Program-made: the position numbers and the translations under genes
NCBI GenBank assembly: GCA_963845755.1
Contig: CAWJTV010000020.1
Span: forward strand, 192,001 to 256,000
Direction of reading: 5' to 3'
Source: an uncultured Planctomycetota bacterium
GTDB taxonomy: Bacteria > Planctomycetota > Planctomycetia > Isosphaerales > Isosphaeraceae
Length of the DNA stretch: 64,000 nt
The notes under the pieces: generated by a model
What the model was told of the DNA's origin: nothing
Database searches by the model: none
Seen by the model: only the letters and a program-made list of their open reading frames with translations
Part shown: positions 51,907 through 61,890 of the stretch, in pieces
Layout of the letters: every line of letters starts with the position of its first letter
How positions within the stretch are numbered: position 1 is the stretch's first letter

Positions 51907-54900
51907 ATGACCGCCGACCGCCACCTCCTCTTTGGCCTGCTTGCGCTTCAGACCGGATTGATCCAGCAATCGCAGCTCGTCGCGGCTTTCCACGCCTGGA
52001 CCTGCGACAAGTCGCGGCCCCTGGCCGATCACCTCATCGACCTGGGCCACATGAGCGCCGCCCAGCGGTCGGCCGTCGAAGCCCTGGCGGCCCTGCACGT
52101 CGAGTCTCACGGCGGCGATGTGGAGAAGAGCCTGGCCGCCGTGCCGGCCGGCAAGTCGGCCCGCGAGAGCCTGGCCGAGCTAGGTGACCCGGACATCGGG
52201 GCGACCCTCGGCCACGTCGCCTCGGGCCACGTCTCGACCCATGACGAAGAGGCCGACGACGATCGCACGGCGTCCTATGCTGTGGGGACGGCGACCAGCG
52301 AGGGCCAGCGGTTCCGCGTCTTGCGGCCCCACGCACGCGGCGGACTGGGCGCCGTCTTCGTGGCGCTCGATGCCGAGTTGAACCGCGAGGTGGCTCTCAA
52401 GCAGATCCTGGACCGGCACTCCGACGACACGATCAGCCGCGCCCGGTTCCTGCTCGAGGCCGAGATCACCGGCGGGCTGGAGCACCCCGGCATCGTGCCG
52501 GTCTACGGTCTGGGAACCTACGCTGACGGCCGGCCCTATTACGCCATGCGGTTCATCAAGGGGGACAACCTCAAGGAGGCCGTCGACCGCTTCCATGCCG
52601 GCGAGGCTCTGAAAGCGGACCCGGGACGACGCTCGCTGGAGCTGCGCAACCTGCTGAAGCGGTTGACGGACGTCTGCTACGCGATCGAGTATGCGCATAA
52701 CCGCGGCGTCTTGCACCGCGACATCAAGCCGGGCAACATCATCGTGGGCAAGTATGGCGAGACGCTGGTGGTCGACTGGGGGTTGGCCAAGGCTCTGGGC
52801 CGGGTCGAGCCCGGCGCCGACTCCGGCGAGCGGACGCTCGTCCCCAGCTCGGCCAGCGGCAGCGCCGAGACGCTGCCGGGTAGCTGCGCTGGGCACACCC
52901 AGCTACATGAGCCCGGAGCAGGCCGAGGGGGACATCGAGCACCTGGGGCCGCGTTCGGACGTGTACAGCCTGGGCGCCACGCTCTACTACCTCCTGACCG
53001 GCCGTCCGCCCGCGGAGGGGGACATCGGCGAGGTGCTGCGGACTGTCCAGCGCGGTGATCTCACGCCGCCGAGGAAGGTTGACGCGACGATCGACACGGC
53101 GCTAGAGGCGGTCTGCATGAAGGCGATGGCCCACAAGTCGAAGGATCGGTATGCCTCGCCGCGAGGTCTGGCCGAGGACCTGGAGCGATGGCTGGCGGAG
53201 GAGCCGGTCTTGGCCTGGCGTGAGCCATGGTCGCGGCGGGCCAGACGGTGGGCGCGGCGGAACCGGACCATGGTGACGGCTGCGGTGGTGGCTCTGGTCG
53301 CCGGGGTGGTCGGCCTGGGGGCGGTCCTGGGCGTCCAGACGCGGGCCAATACCGAACTGAAGCGAACCAACAATGAACTGGCGATCGCCTACAAGCAGGT
53401 GGATTCCGCCAACGCCGAGTTGCACTCGGCCAACGCCGAGCTGGCTACCGCCAACCAGAATGTGAACCGGGCCAACGCGGACCTGAAGGCGGCCAACGTG
53501 CGGGAGCGGCAGCGTTTCGAGCTGGCGATGGAAGCCATCGAGCTGTTCCACGGCGAGGTGAGCCAGGACTTGCTCCTGAAGGAAAAGGCGTTCGCCGGCC
53601 TGCGATCGAAGCTGCTCCAAGGCGCGGCCGAGTTCTACGGCAAGCTGGAGCGGCTACTCGAGGGCCAGTCGGACTCGACCTCACGGGCGGCGCTGGGCCG
53701 GGCCTACTTCGAGCTGGCCGGATTGACCCGCGAGATCGGAAAGGGGCCCGAGGCCGTTGCCGTTTACCGCAAGGGTCTGGCGGTCCGGCGCGAACTGGCC
53801 GGTCGGACAGAGGCAGACGGCGAGGCGGAACTGAACGTCGTGCGAAGCCTGATCGGCCTGGCGAGTTCGCTCAGCATGATCGGGGATGATGATGGCCAGC
53901 GAGCGTCTTACGAGGAGGCCCTCCGATTGGCCGAGGGGTTGGTCGCCTCAGGACGCGGGGCCGACGAAGCCCGGTCGGTGCTCGCCGATTGCCTCCACAT
54001 GTTCGACATGCCTAACCAGGGTGAGAGACGAGGTCCCGCGAAGACGTTGGCCATGGCCCGCCGTGCCCTGGCGATCACCCGGGACCTGGTCGTAAGGAAC
54101 CCCTCGTCCACGCGATACCTGGAACAAATCGGGCTTTGTCATCTGATGATCGGGAAATGCCTCGATGAACTCGACAGGCCGGCCGAGTCGATCGCGGCGA
54201 AAGAGGAAGCTATCGTGGTCTTTGGCAAGCTGGCCGACGCGCGGCCCGAGGCGTACGACTACCAGAACAAGCTGGCGATACTCCACAACAACATCGCCGG
54301 CACCTTGCGGTACTCGGGCCGGGTTGACGAGGCGATCGCGTCGCAGCGGCGGGCCCTGGCCATCTGGCGGCGAGCGGCCGAGGCCAACCCCGCCGTGACG
54401 AATCTGGCGAACAACGTGGCCTACGGGCTCAACCACATCGCAGAGGACTTGAACTCCATCGGCAGGCCGGCCGAGGCCCTGGAGGCGCTGGTGCAGGCGC
54501 GGCCGATCTTGCAGAAACTGGTCAATGCCAACTATGGCTCCACTTCCCACCCAGGTAACCTGGCGTGGAACTTCAGCCTCACCGGCACGGCGCTGGGCCG
54601 GATGGGGATGAAGAGCGAGGCGGATGAGGCGTTCGAAACGGCTGTGGCAAGTTCGCGGAAGCTGGCCGAGGAGCATCCGTCGGACCACTCAGTTCACAGG
54701 GGCCTGGCAAATGTGCTGAGTGATTTGGGATGGCGGCGTTTCTGGCGGGCCGGTCGTGCCGCCGAGGCAGCGACCGCGTTCGGCCAGGAGCGGGCGACTT
54801 ACCAGAGGCTGTTGGCCAATGGGTCGGCCGGTGCCGTCGATCGCGACAGTCTGGCGTATAGCGAGAGCAACCTCGCCGCGGCCCTGACCGCCCTGGGCCA

Positions 54901-55405
54901 GCTCTCCGAGGCACGGGCCTGCTGCGACCGGGCGATCGCCCTCCGAGAGGACCTGGTCAAGGACGATCCCAAGAACGGTGATTATGCCGAGGGCCTGGCG
55001 GAGGCTCTGCTGCGCTCGGGTGCGGTGCGGTCGGCGGCTGGCGACCCGGCCGGCGCCGCCGCTGACTGGCGCCGAGCCACGACACTCTATGCCATCCATC
55101 CACCGAGCGGAGAGAGGGCGATCATCCTGGCGTGCTGCCACGGGTCGCTGGCGGGGCTCACCGGACTGGCGGACGCCGGGGTCACCGCTGCCGAGGCAAA
55201 GTCGCATGCTGACCAGGCGATGGCCATCCTCCGCCAGGAAGTGGCCGCCGGCTATCGCGACGCCGATCTGCTGCGGGTCGAGCCTGGGCTAGCCCCCCTG
55301 CGATCGCGCGAGGACTTCCGGTCGATGATGATGGACCTGGCCTTCCCCGCCGAACCCTTCGCGGTGCGCGTGGATCGGGACTTCCGCCCGGTGCCTGCCC
55401 CGTAG
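51907..55405 (+). CDS. Ser/Thr protein kinase with TM, coiled coil and TPR repeats, frameshift near 52880
   Basis: [36 protein letters not shown] and SDVYSLG in the next frame. Confidence 0.92.
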
Positions 55406-55518
55406 CGCGCCGGGTGCTTGGTGGACTGTGGCGGACCTCCCTCCTGACGACCGCATTCTTGGCAGTTGGGGTGGGTGGGATCGAGCCGATTTTGCCGGCG
55501 CAGTCCCCAGAGAACCCA

Positions 55519-55803
55519 CCGAAGGGGCTCACCAACTACCGAAGTGTCTCACTCTCACAGGGTGAGCCCCTTCCAAAGGTAGTGAGCCCCTACGGGCCCC
55601 CTCGCTCACCGCCTGGGGGCCACTCCCGGTCTCACTCCATCAAGAGGAAAGAGAGAGAAGAGAGAGAGTGTGTGTGTGTAATAATCTTTAGGAGACTCCT
55701 CATGAGTGGGCCGACTGAGCGTCCCGCACGAAGGGGCTCACCAACTGCCGAAGGGGCTCACCCTGTGAGAGTGGGACCCTTCGGGAGTAGTGAGCCTCTT
55801 CGG
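55519..55803. repeat. Palindromic array of eight GAAGGGGCTCAC-like 12-mers around a GA/GT tract
   Basis: Copies at 55521+, 55541+, 55562-, 55582-, 55730+, 55750+, 55771-, 55790-; microsatellite at 55643-55680. Confidence 0.85.
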
Positions 55804-55846
55804 GACGATTTGCCGGGTTCGCCGCTAGCCTTGCCCGGCCTTGGGA

Positions 55847-57226
55847 CTACAAGATGAACCGGCTCAGGTCCTCGTCTTGAGAGAGGGCCTCGAGTCGCTC
55901 GCGAACCAGGGCCTCGTCGATGAGCACATGCTTCTCGGCGCGGTCGGGGGCGTCGAAACTGATGTCATCGAGAATCCGCTCCAGGATCGTGTGCAACCGG
56001 CGGGCGCCGATGTTCTGGGTGGACCGGTTCACCAGGAAGGCCAGGTCGGCCATGACCTCGATCGCGGCGTCGGCGAACTCCAGCGCGATGCCTTCGGTGG
56101 AAAGCAGGGCCTGATACTGGCGGATCAGCGAGGCGCGGGGCTCGCGAAGGATGCGCGCGAAGTCGTCGCGGGTCAGGTCCTGCATCTCGACGCGGATCGG
56201 GAATCGGCCCTGGAGCTCGGGCATCAGGTCGGACGGCTTGGAGCGATGAAACGCACCGGCGGCGATGAACAGGATATAGTCGGTCTTGACCGGCCCGTGC
56301 TTGGTGTTGACCGTCGTCCCCTCGACGATCGGCAGCAGGTCGCGCTGGACGCCCTGGCGCGAGACATCCGGCCCGCGGCCGGAGCCTTCATCGCCGGCAA
56401 CCTTGTCGATCTCATCGATGAAGACGATGCCCGACTCTTCCGTGAGCGTGACGGCGGCCTGGCTGATCTTCTCCGGGTCGATCAGGTTCTCGATCTCTTG
56501 CTGGAGCAGGATCGGCCGGGCCTGGCGAATCGTCATCCGACGGGTCTGGGTGGGCTTGGGCATGATCTTCTCGAACATGTTCTGGAGGTCCATCTCCATC
56601 TGCTCGAAGTTGCCGGCGCCCAGGATCGAGACCGGCGCCATCGATCGGCCGGGGAAGGTGACCTCGACCTCGCGGTCGTCGAGCGCACCGGCGGCCAGTC
56701 GGGCGCGCATCTTGTCTCGCGAGCGTTGCCGGCGGTCGGACGCCTCACCCGAGGGAGGCGATTCCCCCTCCGGCCACGGTGCCGACGGTGCCGACGTCGG
56801 CAGGAGCAGGTCCAGCAGCCGCTGCTCGACCCGCGCCTTGGCCTGTTCTTCGACCCGCTGGCGCTCGGAATTGCGGACCAGGACGATCCCCGCTTCGACG
56901 AGGTCGCGGATCAGACCCTCGACGTCGCGGCCCACGTAGCCGACCTCGGTGTACTTGGTGGCCTCGGCCTTCACGAACGGGGCGCCGACGAGCATGGCGA
57001 GCCGTCGGGCGATCTCCGTCTTGCCCACGCCGGTCGGCCCGATCAGCATGATGTTCTTGGGCGTCACATGGCCGCGGAGATCGTCGGAGAGCTGCCGTCG
57101 CCGCCATCGATTCCGCAGCGCGATCGCCACGGCGCGCTTGGCGTCGGTTTGCCCCACGATGTCGCGATCCAGCTCGGCCACGATCTGACGAGGCGTCAGC
57201 TCGCGCTCGGGTTCGTGGTCTGGCAC
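55847..57226 (-). CDS. hslU: ATP-dependent protease ATPase subunit HslU
   Basis: [69 protein letters not shown]. Confidence 0.97.
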   Translation of the reverse strand: MPDHEPERELTPRQIVAELDRDIVGQTDAKRAVAIALRNRWRRRQLSDDLRGHVTPKNIMLIGPTGVGKTEIARRLAMLVGAPFVKAEATKYTEVGYVGRDVEGLIRDLVEAGIVLVRNSERQRVEEQAKARVEQRLLDLLLPTSAPSAPWPEGESPPSGEASDRRQRSRDKMRARLAAGALDDREVEVTFPGRSMAPVSILGAGNFEQMEMDLQNMFEKIMPKPTQTRRMTIRQARPILLQQEIENLIDPEKISQAAVTLTEESGIVFIDEIDKVAGDEGSGRGPDVSRQGVQRDLLPIVEGTTVNTKHGPVKTDYILFIAAGAFHRSKPSDLMPELQGRFPIRVEMQDLTRDDFARILREPRASLIRQYQALLSTEGIALEFADAAIEVMADLAFLVNRSTQNIGARRLHTILERILDDISFDAPDRAEKHVLIDEALVRERLEALSQDEDLSRFIL

Positions 57227-57798
57227 GGCAGTTCCTCCACCGTCAGGTTGGAATTCGTGTAGATGTCGATCCCGCCCGCGATCGCCAGCGATTCGCGGAC
57301 GATCTCGGCGGCCGAGAGTTTCGTGTGCTTCACCAGCGCCCGCGCGGCCGCCAGGGCGTAACCGCCGCCCGAACCCGTCGACAGGATGCCGTCGCTCGGC
57401 TGGATGACGTCCCCCGAGCCGGTCAACAGCAGGCTGTGCCGCGCGTCGACCACCACCAGGACCGCCTCCAGTCGCCGCAGCATCCGGTCGGTCCGCCAGA
57501 GCTTCGCCAGCTCGGTGGCCGCCCGCGGCACGTTGTTCGGATAATCCTTCAGCTTCCCCTCGAACCGCTCCAGCAGCGCGAACCCGTCCGCTGCCGAGCC
57601 CGCGAATCCTACCAGCACCTTGCCCTCCAGAAGTTTGCGGACCTTCACCGCGTCGGACTTCATGACCTGGGTCCCGAGCGTGACCTGGCCGTCCCCCCCG
57701 ATCGCCACCCGGTCATCCTTGCGCACCGATAGAATCGTCGTCGCGTGCCAGTCCAAGTGGAAAGCCTTTCTCGATAAGGTCTTCTCCGGATCGATCAT
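57196..57798 (-). CDS. hslV: ATP-dependent protease subunit HslV
   Basis: [48 protein letters not shown]. Confidence 0.96.
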   Translation of the reverse strand: MIDPEKTLSRKAFHLDWHATTILSVRKDDRVAIGGDGQVTLGTQVMKSDAVKVRKLLEGKVLVGFAGSAADGFALLERFEGKLKDYPNNVPRAATELAKLWRTDRMLRRLEAVLVVVDARHSLLLTGSGDVIQPSDGILSTGSGGGYALAAARALVKHTKLSAAEIVRESLAIAGGIDIYTNSNLTVEELPCQTTNPSAS

Positions 57799-57855
57799 CC
57801 GCTCCCTATAAGAATTCGGACAATTCGATCTCGCTCGATCGCCACCTTGCGCGGG

Positions 57856-57880
57856 CGAGATTATTGAGAGGATAATCTCG
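57856..57880. promoter_or_regulatory. Operator-like inverted repeat upstream of hslVU
   Basis: CGAGATTAT-N7-ATAATCTCG, about 60 bp before the hslV ATG. Confidence 0.4.
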
Positions 57881-58199
57881 TGGGTGGAAGATTGCCAAGC
57901 CGAAGGGTCGTACCCGACCGAAAGAACCGGAGCCGATCCGATGAACTCGATTCTCCCGGCGGCGGAGCGCGGATCGCCCTGTTTCCAGAACTCTTAATCT
58001 TATAGGAGAAGTGTGAAAACTCAAGAAAGGCGAGTAGGACTCATTCATGTCTATGGCCTACGTCCTTGAATTGGAGTAGAATCCGTCCGACGAATCACGG
58101 GAGCATCCCGCGGTTCTCGCCGAACGAAACCGGGAGAGACACGCCTGTGACTGAGACACTCACATGGCTTGCGAAACGGCTTCGGAGTTTCGATCGCAG

Positions 58200-60055
58200 A
58201 TGCCTCGACGGTCGCGGCTGCTGCTTCTCGCGGCGGTTCTGGCCCCGATCGGATTCTCGTGCGCATTCTTGACCTGGCGGACCACTCGATCGAGGGCCAT
58301 CGCCGGGTCGCCGTACGCCAATACGCGCCCGGACGTGAAGTACGTCGGCGATGCGGCCTGTGCCCGTTGCCACGTCGAGATCGCCCGGACCTACAGCCGC
58401 CATCCGATGGGCCGCTCGTTGTCTCCGATCGAGGCCGTGACTGCGATCGTCTCGCGACCGACCGATCGTCCAGCCGAGTTCGAGGCGCAGGGACTCCATT
58501 ATTCCGTGGAACATTCGAGCGACCGTGTGATCCATCGGGAGATGCGCCGAGATCGCTCGGGTCGGATCATCGCCGAGAACCAGGCGGTTGTCCGGTATGT
58601 CCTCGGCTCGGGGAAGCAGGGGCTGTCTTACCTGATCGATCGCGATGGCTTCCTGTTCGAGTCCCCGATGACCTGGTATGTCCGGGAACAGCGGTGGGGG
58701 CTGTCTCCCGGTTATCGGGAGAGGAACCGCCATTTCAATCGGCCGATCCTTGCCGACTGCCTATTCTGCCATGCAAATCGGGTCCAACACCTTGCTGGTA
58801 CGGTGAACCGCTATGAGCCGCCGATCTTCCAGGGCCACGCGATTGGTTGTGAGCGCTGCCATGGGCCCGGTGAACTCCACGTCCTTCGTCCCACGATGAC
58901 TGATGGCGTGGACCTGACGATCGTCAATCCGGCAAACCTGGAACCCTCGATTCGCGACTCCGTTTGCGAACAGTGCCATCTGATCGGCCGTCAACGCGCC
59001 GTTCATGCCGGTCTCCGAAGCGAAGATTATCGGCCGGGGTTGCCGTTTTATCAATTCTGGTCGGCGTTTGTGGTCCCCGCCGGTGTTGCCAGCAACCGGT
59101 TCGGCGGCCAGGTTGAACAGATGCACGAAAGTCGTTGCTTCCGCGCGAGCCAGGGCCGGCTCGGATGCATCTCCTGTCATGATCCGCATGTCCAGCCCAT
59201 GCACGAGGAGAAGGCCGCCTATTTCCGGGACCGGTGCCTCGAATGCCATGCCGATCGGGGCTGTTCGCTCCCGGAGAAGGTTCGAAGGGAGCGGGTGCCC
59301 GGTGATGACTGCACAACCTGCCACATGCCGCGATCGGGCACCTCCAATAATCCTCATCTTGCCACGACCGACCATCGGGTTCCTCGTAAGAACCCGGGAG
59401 GCTCCGAAGCCCAGCCCTCCGACAGCATTCCGCGCAGCCTGGTCCGGTTACTGGTCGGTTTTCACGACGGCATGCTCGATGATCGAGGACGTGCCGAATC
59501 CAATCGTGACCGAGGCGTCGCCCTCTGCCGTGATGGCCGGGACGGCGCGGCGTTGGCGTTGCCGTTACTGGAAACGGCCCTGGCGGCAAGACCGGATGAC
59601 CTGCCCGCCTGGGAAGGCAAGGCCGAGGCGCTCCGCCTCCTCGGCCGGTTCGAAGAGGGGCTGCGTGCCTATCGCGTTGTCCTGGCGAAGGATCCGAGCC
59701 GCGAGACCGCCCTGGGAGGCGCGGCCCACCTTGCCGCGCTCGCGGGCCACCAGGAGGACGCGATCGCTTATTGGCGCCAGGCCATCGCTATCAACCCCTC
59801 GGCGCGGACTACCATGGCGAGCTGGCCCGCGGCCAATTGCTGTCGGGTGATCGGCGTGCGTCCATCGCGGCCGGTGAGGAGTCCCTGCGCCTTAACCCGT
59901 TTGATCTCGAGGTCAGAAAGCGGCTCGTCCAGGCTCATCTCCAGGTGGGTGACCGTGAGGCCGCGCGCCGCGAATTCGACCTAATCCTCGAATTCGATCC
60001 GCCGGACCGGGTCGACCTGCTGCGCCGATTCCGTGTACCGTTGTCGCGCCCATAG
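58200..60055 (+). CDS. Multiheme cytochrome c with TPR repeats, frameshift near 59800
   Basis: Seven CxxCH (CARCH, CLFCH, CERCH, CEQCH, CISCH, CLECH, CTTCH), N-terminal anchor, C-terminal TPRs. Confidence 0.88.
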
Positions 60056-60096
60056 AGTCGTCCTCCGTAGGCTCGCTGCGCCGTGCGCGCCTCTGG

Positions 60097-60201
60097 GGAT
60101 TCCGAATTCCGGATTCGCGATTCCCGATTCCCGGATCATTCCCCTTCGGGAATCCGGAATCGCGAATCCGGAATCCCGATTGAATTTCGGCCGAAGGCCG
60201 C
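60097..60201. repeat. Inverted heptamer arrays plus CGGCCGAAGGCCG hairpin
   Basis: TTCCGGATTCGCGATTCC vs GGAATCGCGAATCCGGAA arms between convergent genes; hairpin at 60188-60200. Confidence 0.8.
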
Positions 60202-60219
60202 GTTAGGTGGGTTTCCCGA

Positions 60220-61743
60220 TCACGCCAGCAACTTCGTAACCACTTGCCCGGCGACGTCGGTCAGGCGGAAGTCGCGGCCCTGGAATCGGTAGGTCAGCCG
60301 GGTGTGTTCGAGGCCCAGGAGATGGAGGATCGTCGCCTGGAGATCGTGCACGTGGACGCGGTCCGCCACCGGGGCGAAGCCGAACTCGTCGGTCTCGCCC
60401 AGGGTCAGGCCCGACTTGACCCCGCCGCCGGCCAGCCAGGTCGTCATCGCGTCGATGTGATGGTTGCGGCCGACCGTCTCGCGAATCTCGCCCATCGGCG
60501 TGCGGCCGAATTCGCCGCCCCAGACGACGAGGGTCGAGTCGAGGAGGCCGCGGCTCTTCAGATCCTGGATCAGGGCTGCGCACGGCTGGTCGATCTCGCG
60601 ACAGACTTGATCGAGGTCGCGGGTGAGGGTCTGGCCGGGTACACCGTGATGGTCCCAGTCGGTGTGATAGAGCTGGACGAATCGCACGCCGCGCTCTACC
60701 AGCCGCCGGGCGAGCAGGCAGTTGGTGGCGAAGCCGGGCTTACCGGGCTCGGTGCCGTAGAGGTTCAGGGTCTCGGCCGTCTCCGAACCCAGATCGATCA
60801 ACTCCGGCGCGCTGGTCTGCATCCGGAAGGCGACCTCGTAGGCGTTGATCCGCGTGGCGATCTCGGGGTCCGCCGTGACGTCGCGGTGAGATCGATTCAA
60901 CGCCGTGACGGCCTCGATGGCCCGGCGCTGGCGATCCGTGGAGATCCCCGGCGGCGTCGCCAGGTTCAGGATCGGACTGCCGCCGCCACGGAGCGGCACG
61001 CCCTGGTAGGACGAAGGGAGGAACCCGTTTCCCCAGTTCACCGCCCCGCCTCGCGGTCCTCGCGGCCCCGATTGCAGCACCACGAAGCCGGGCAGGCTCG
61101 TGGACTCGCTGCCGATCCCATACGTGATCCATGAGCCCATACTCGGCCGGCCGAACTGGACGGTGCCGGTGTTGGCGAACAGCTTGGCCGGCGCGTGATT
61201 GAAGACGTCGGTCGCGGCCGATTTGACGAAAGTCAGGTCGTCCACGACCTTGGCCATGTGCGGCAACAACTCCGAGACCCAGGCCCCCGACGCCCCGTGT
61301 CGCGCGAACTTCCGGACCGTCCCTAGCAGCTTGGGATGCTCCTTGGTGAAGATGTCCATGAATGCGAACCGTCGTCCCTGGATGAACGAGTCCGGGATCG
61401 GCTGGCCGCTATAATCCTGGAGCCGGGGCTTGTAGTCGAACAGCTCGAGCTGGCTCGGCCCGCCCGCCATGAACAGATAGATGACGCTCCGGGCCCGCGC
61501 CGGGAAATGCCCCGGCCGGGCCGCCATCGGATTGGCTCCGGCGGCTGTCGGATCGCCGGCCGTGCGCAATCGCGCCGGGCTCGCGTCCCGCCCGGATCCC
61601 GCCACTGCTCGATGATCGGCGCCCAGCAGCGAAGACAGGGCCATCGATCCCAGCCCGAGGCCGCAGTCCGTAAAGAAATGCCGGCGCGTCCGGTCGCGCA
61701 ACGCCCGGTCCCACGCCCGCTTGGTGTCGAACTCGCCGGTCAT
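60220..61743 (-). CDS. DUF1501 domain protein
   Basis: TRRHFF, SVIYLFMAGGPSQLELFDYKP, CLLARRLVERGVRFVQ, WGGEFGRTP, HVHDLQATILHLLG. Confidence 0.93.
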   Translation of the reverse strand: MTGEFDTKRAWDRALRDRTRRHFFTDCGLGLGSMALSSLLGADHRAVAGSGRDASPARLRTAGDPTAAGANPMAARPGHFPARARSVIYLFMAGGPSQLELFDYKPRLQDYSGQPIPDSFIQGRRFAFMDIFTKEHPKLLGTVRKFARHGASGAWVSELLPHMAKVVDDLTFVKSAATDVFNHAPAKLFANTGTVQFGRPSMGSWITYGIGSESTSLPGFVVLQSGPRGPRGGAVNWGNGFLPSSYQGVPLRGGGSPILNLATPPGISTDRQRRAIEAVTALNRSHRDVTADPEIATRINAYEVAFRMQTSAPELIDLGSETAETLNLYGTEPGKPGFATNCLLARRLVERGVRFVQLYHTDWDHHGVPGQTLTRDLDQVCREIDQPCAALIQDLKSRGLLDSTLVVWGGEFGRTPMGEIRETVGRNHHIDAMTTWLAGGGVKSGLTLGETDEFGFAPVADRVHVHDLQATILHLLGLEHTRLTYRFQGRDFRLTDVAGQVVTKLLA

Positions 61744-61782
61744 GAGCGATCAACCTCTGTGGACTGTCCGAGGACCCGGGAA

Positions 61783-61838
61783 GGTGGGTGAAACCCACCA
61801 AGAAATGGCCAGGTTCTGGTGGGTTTCACCCACCCTAC
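61783..61838. repeat. REP doublet, same family as 42369-42428
   Basis: GGTGGGTGAAACCCACCA..TGGTGGGTTTCACCCACCCTAC; the spacer is similar to the reverse complement of the other copy's spacer. Confidence 0.8.
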
Positions 61839-61890
61839 AAAGGCCGGATTCCGTCCTCGGGCCGTTTCTTCCTCACGCGGGTTCACTCAA

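Noticed and set aside
53340..53500. ANxxL heptad repeats in the kinase
   Set aside because: Ordinary coiled-coil linker after the TM segment.
57740..57798. N-terminal extension before the HslV catalytic Thr
   Set aside because: Short propeptides ending HATT are known in HslV, and the true start may be a downstream TTG.
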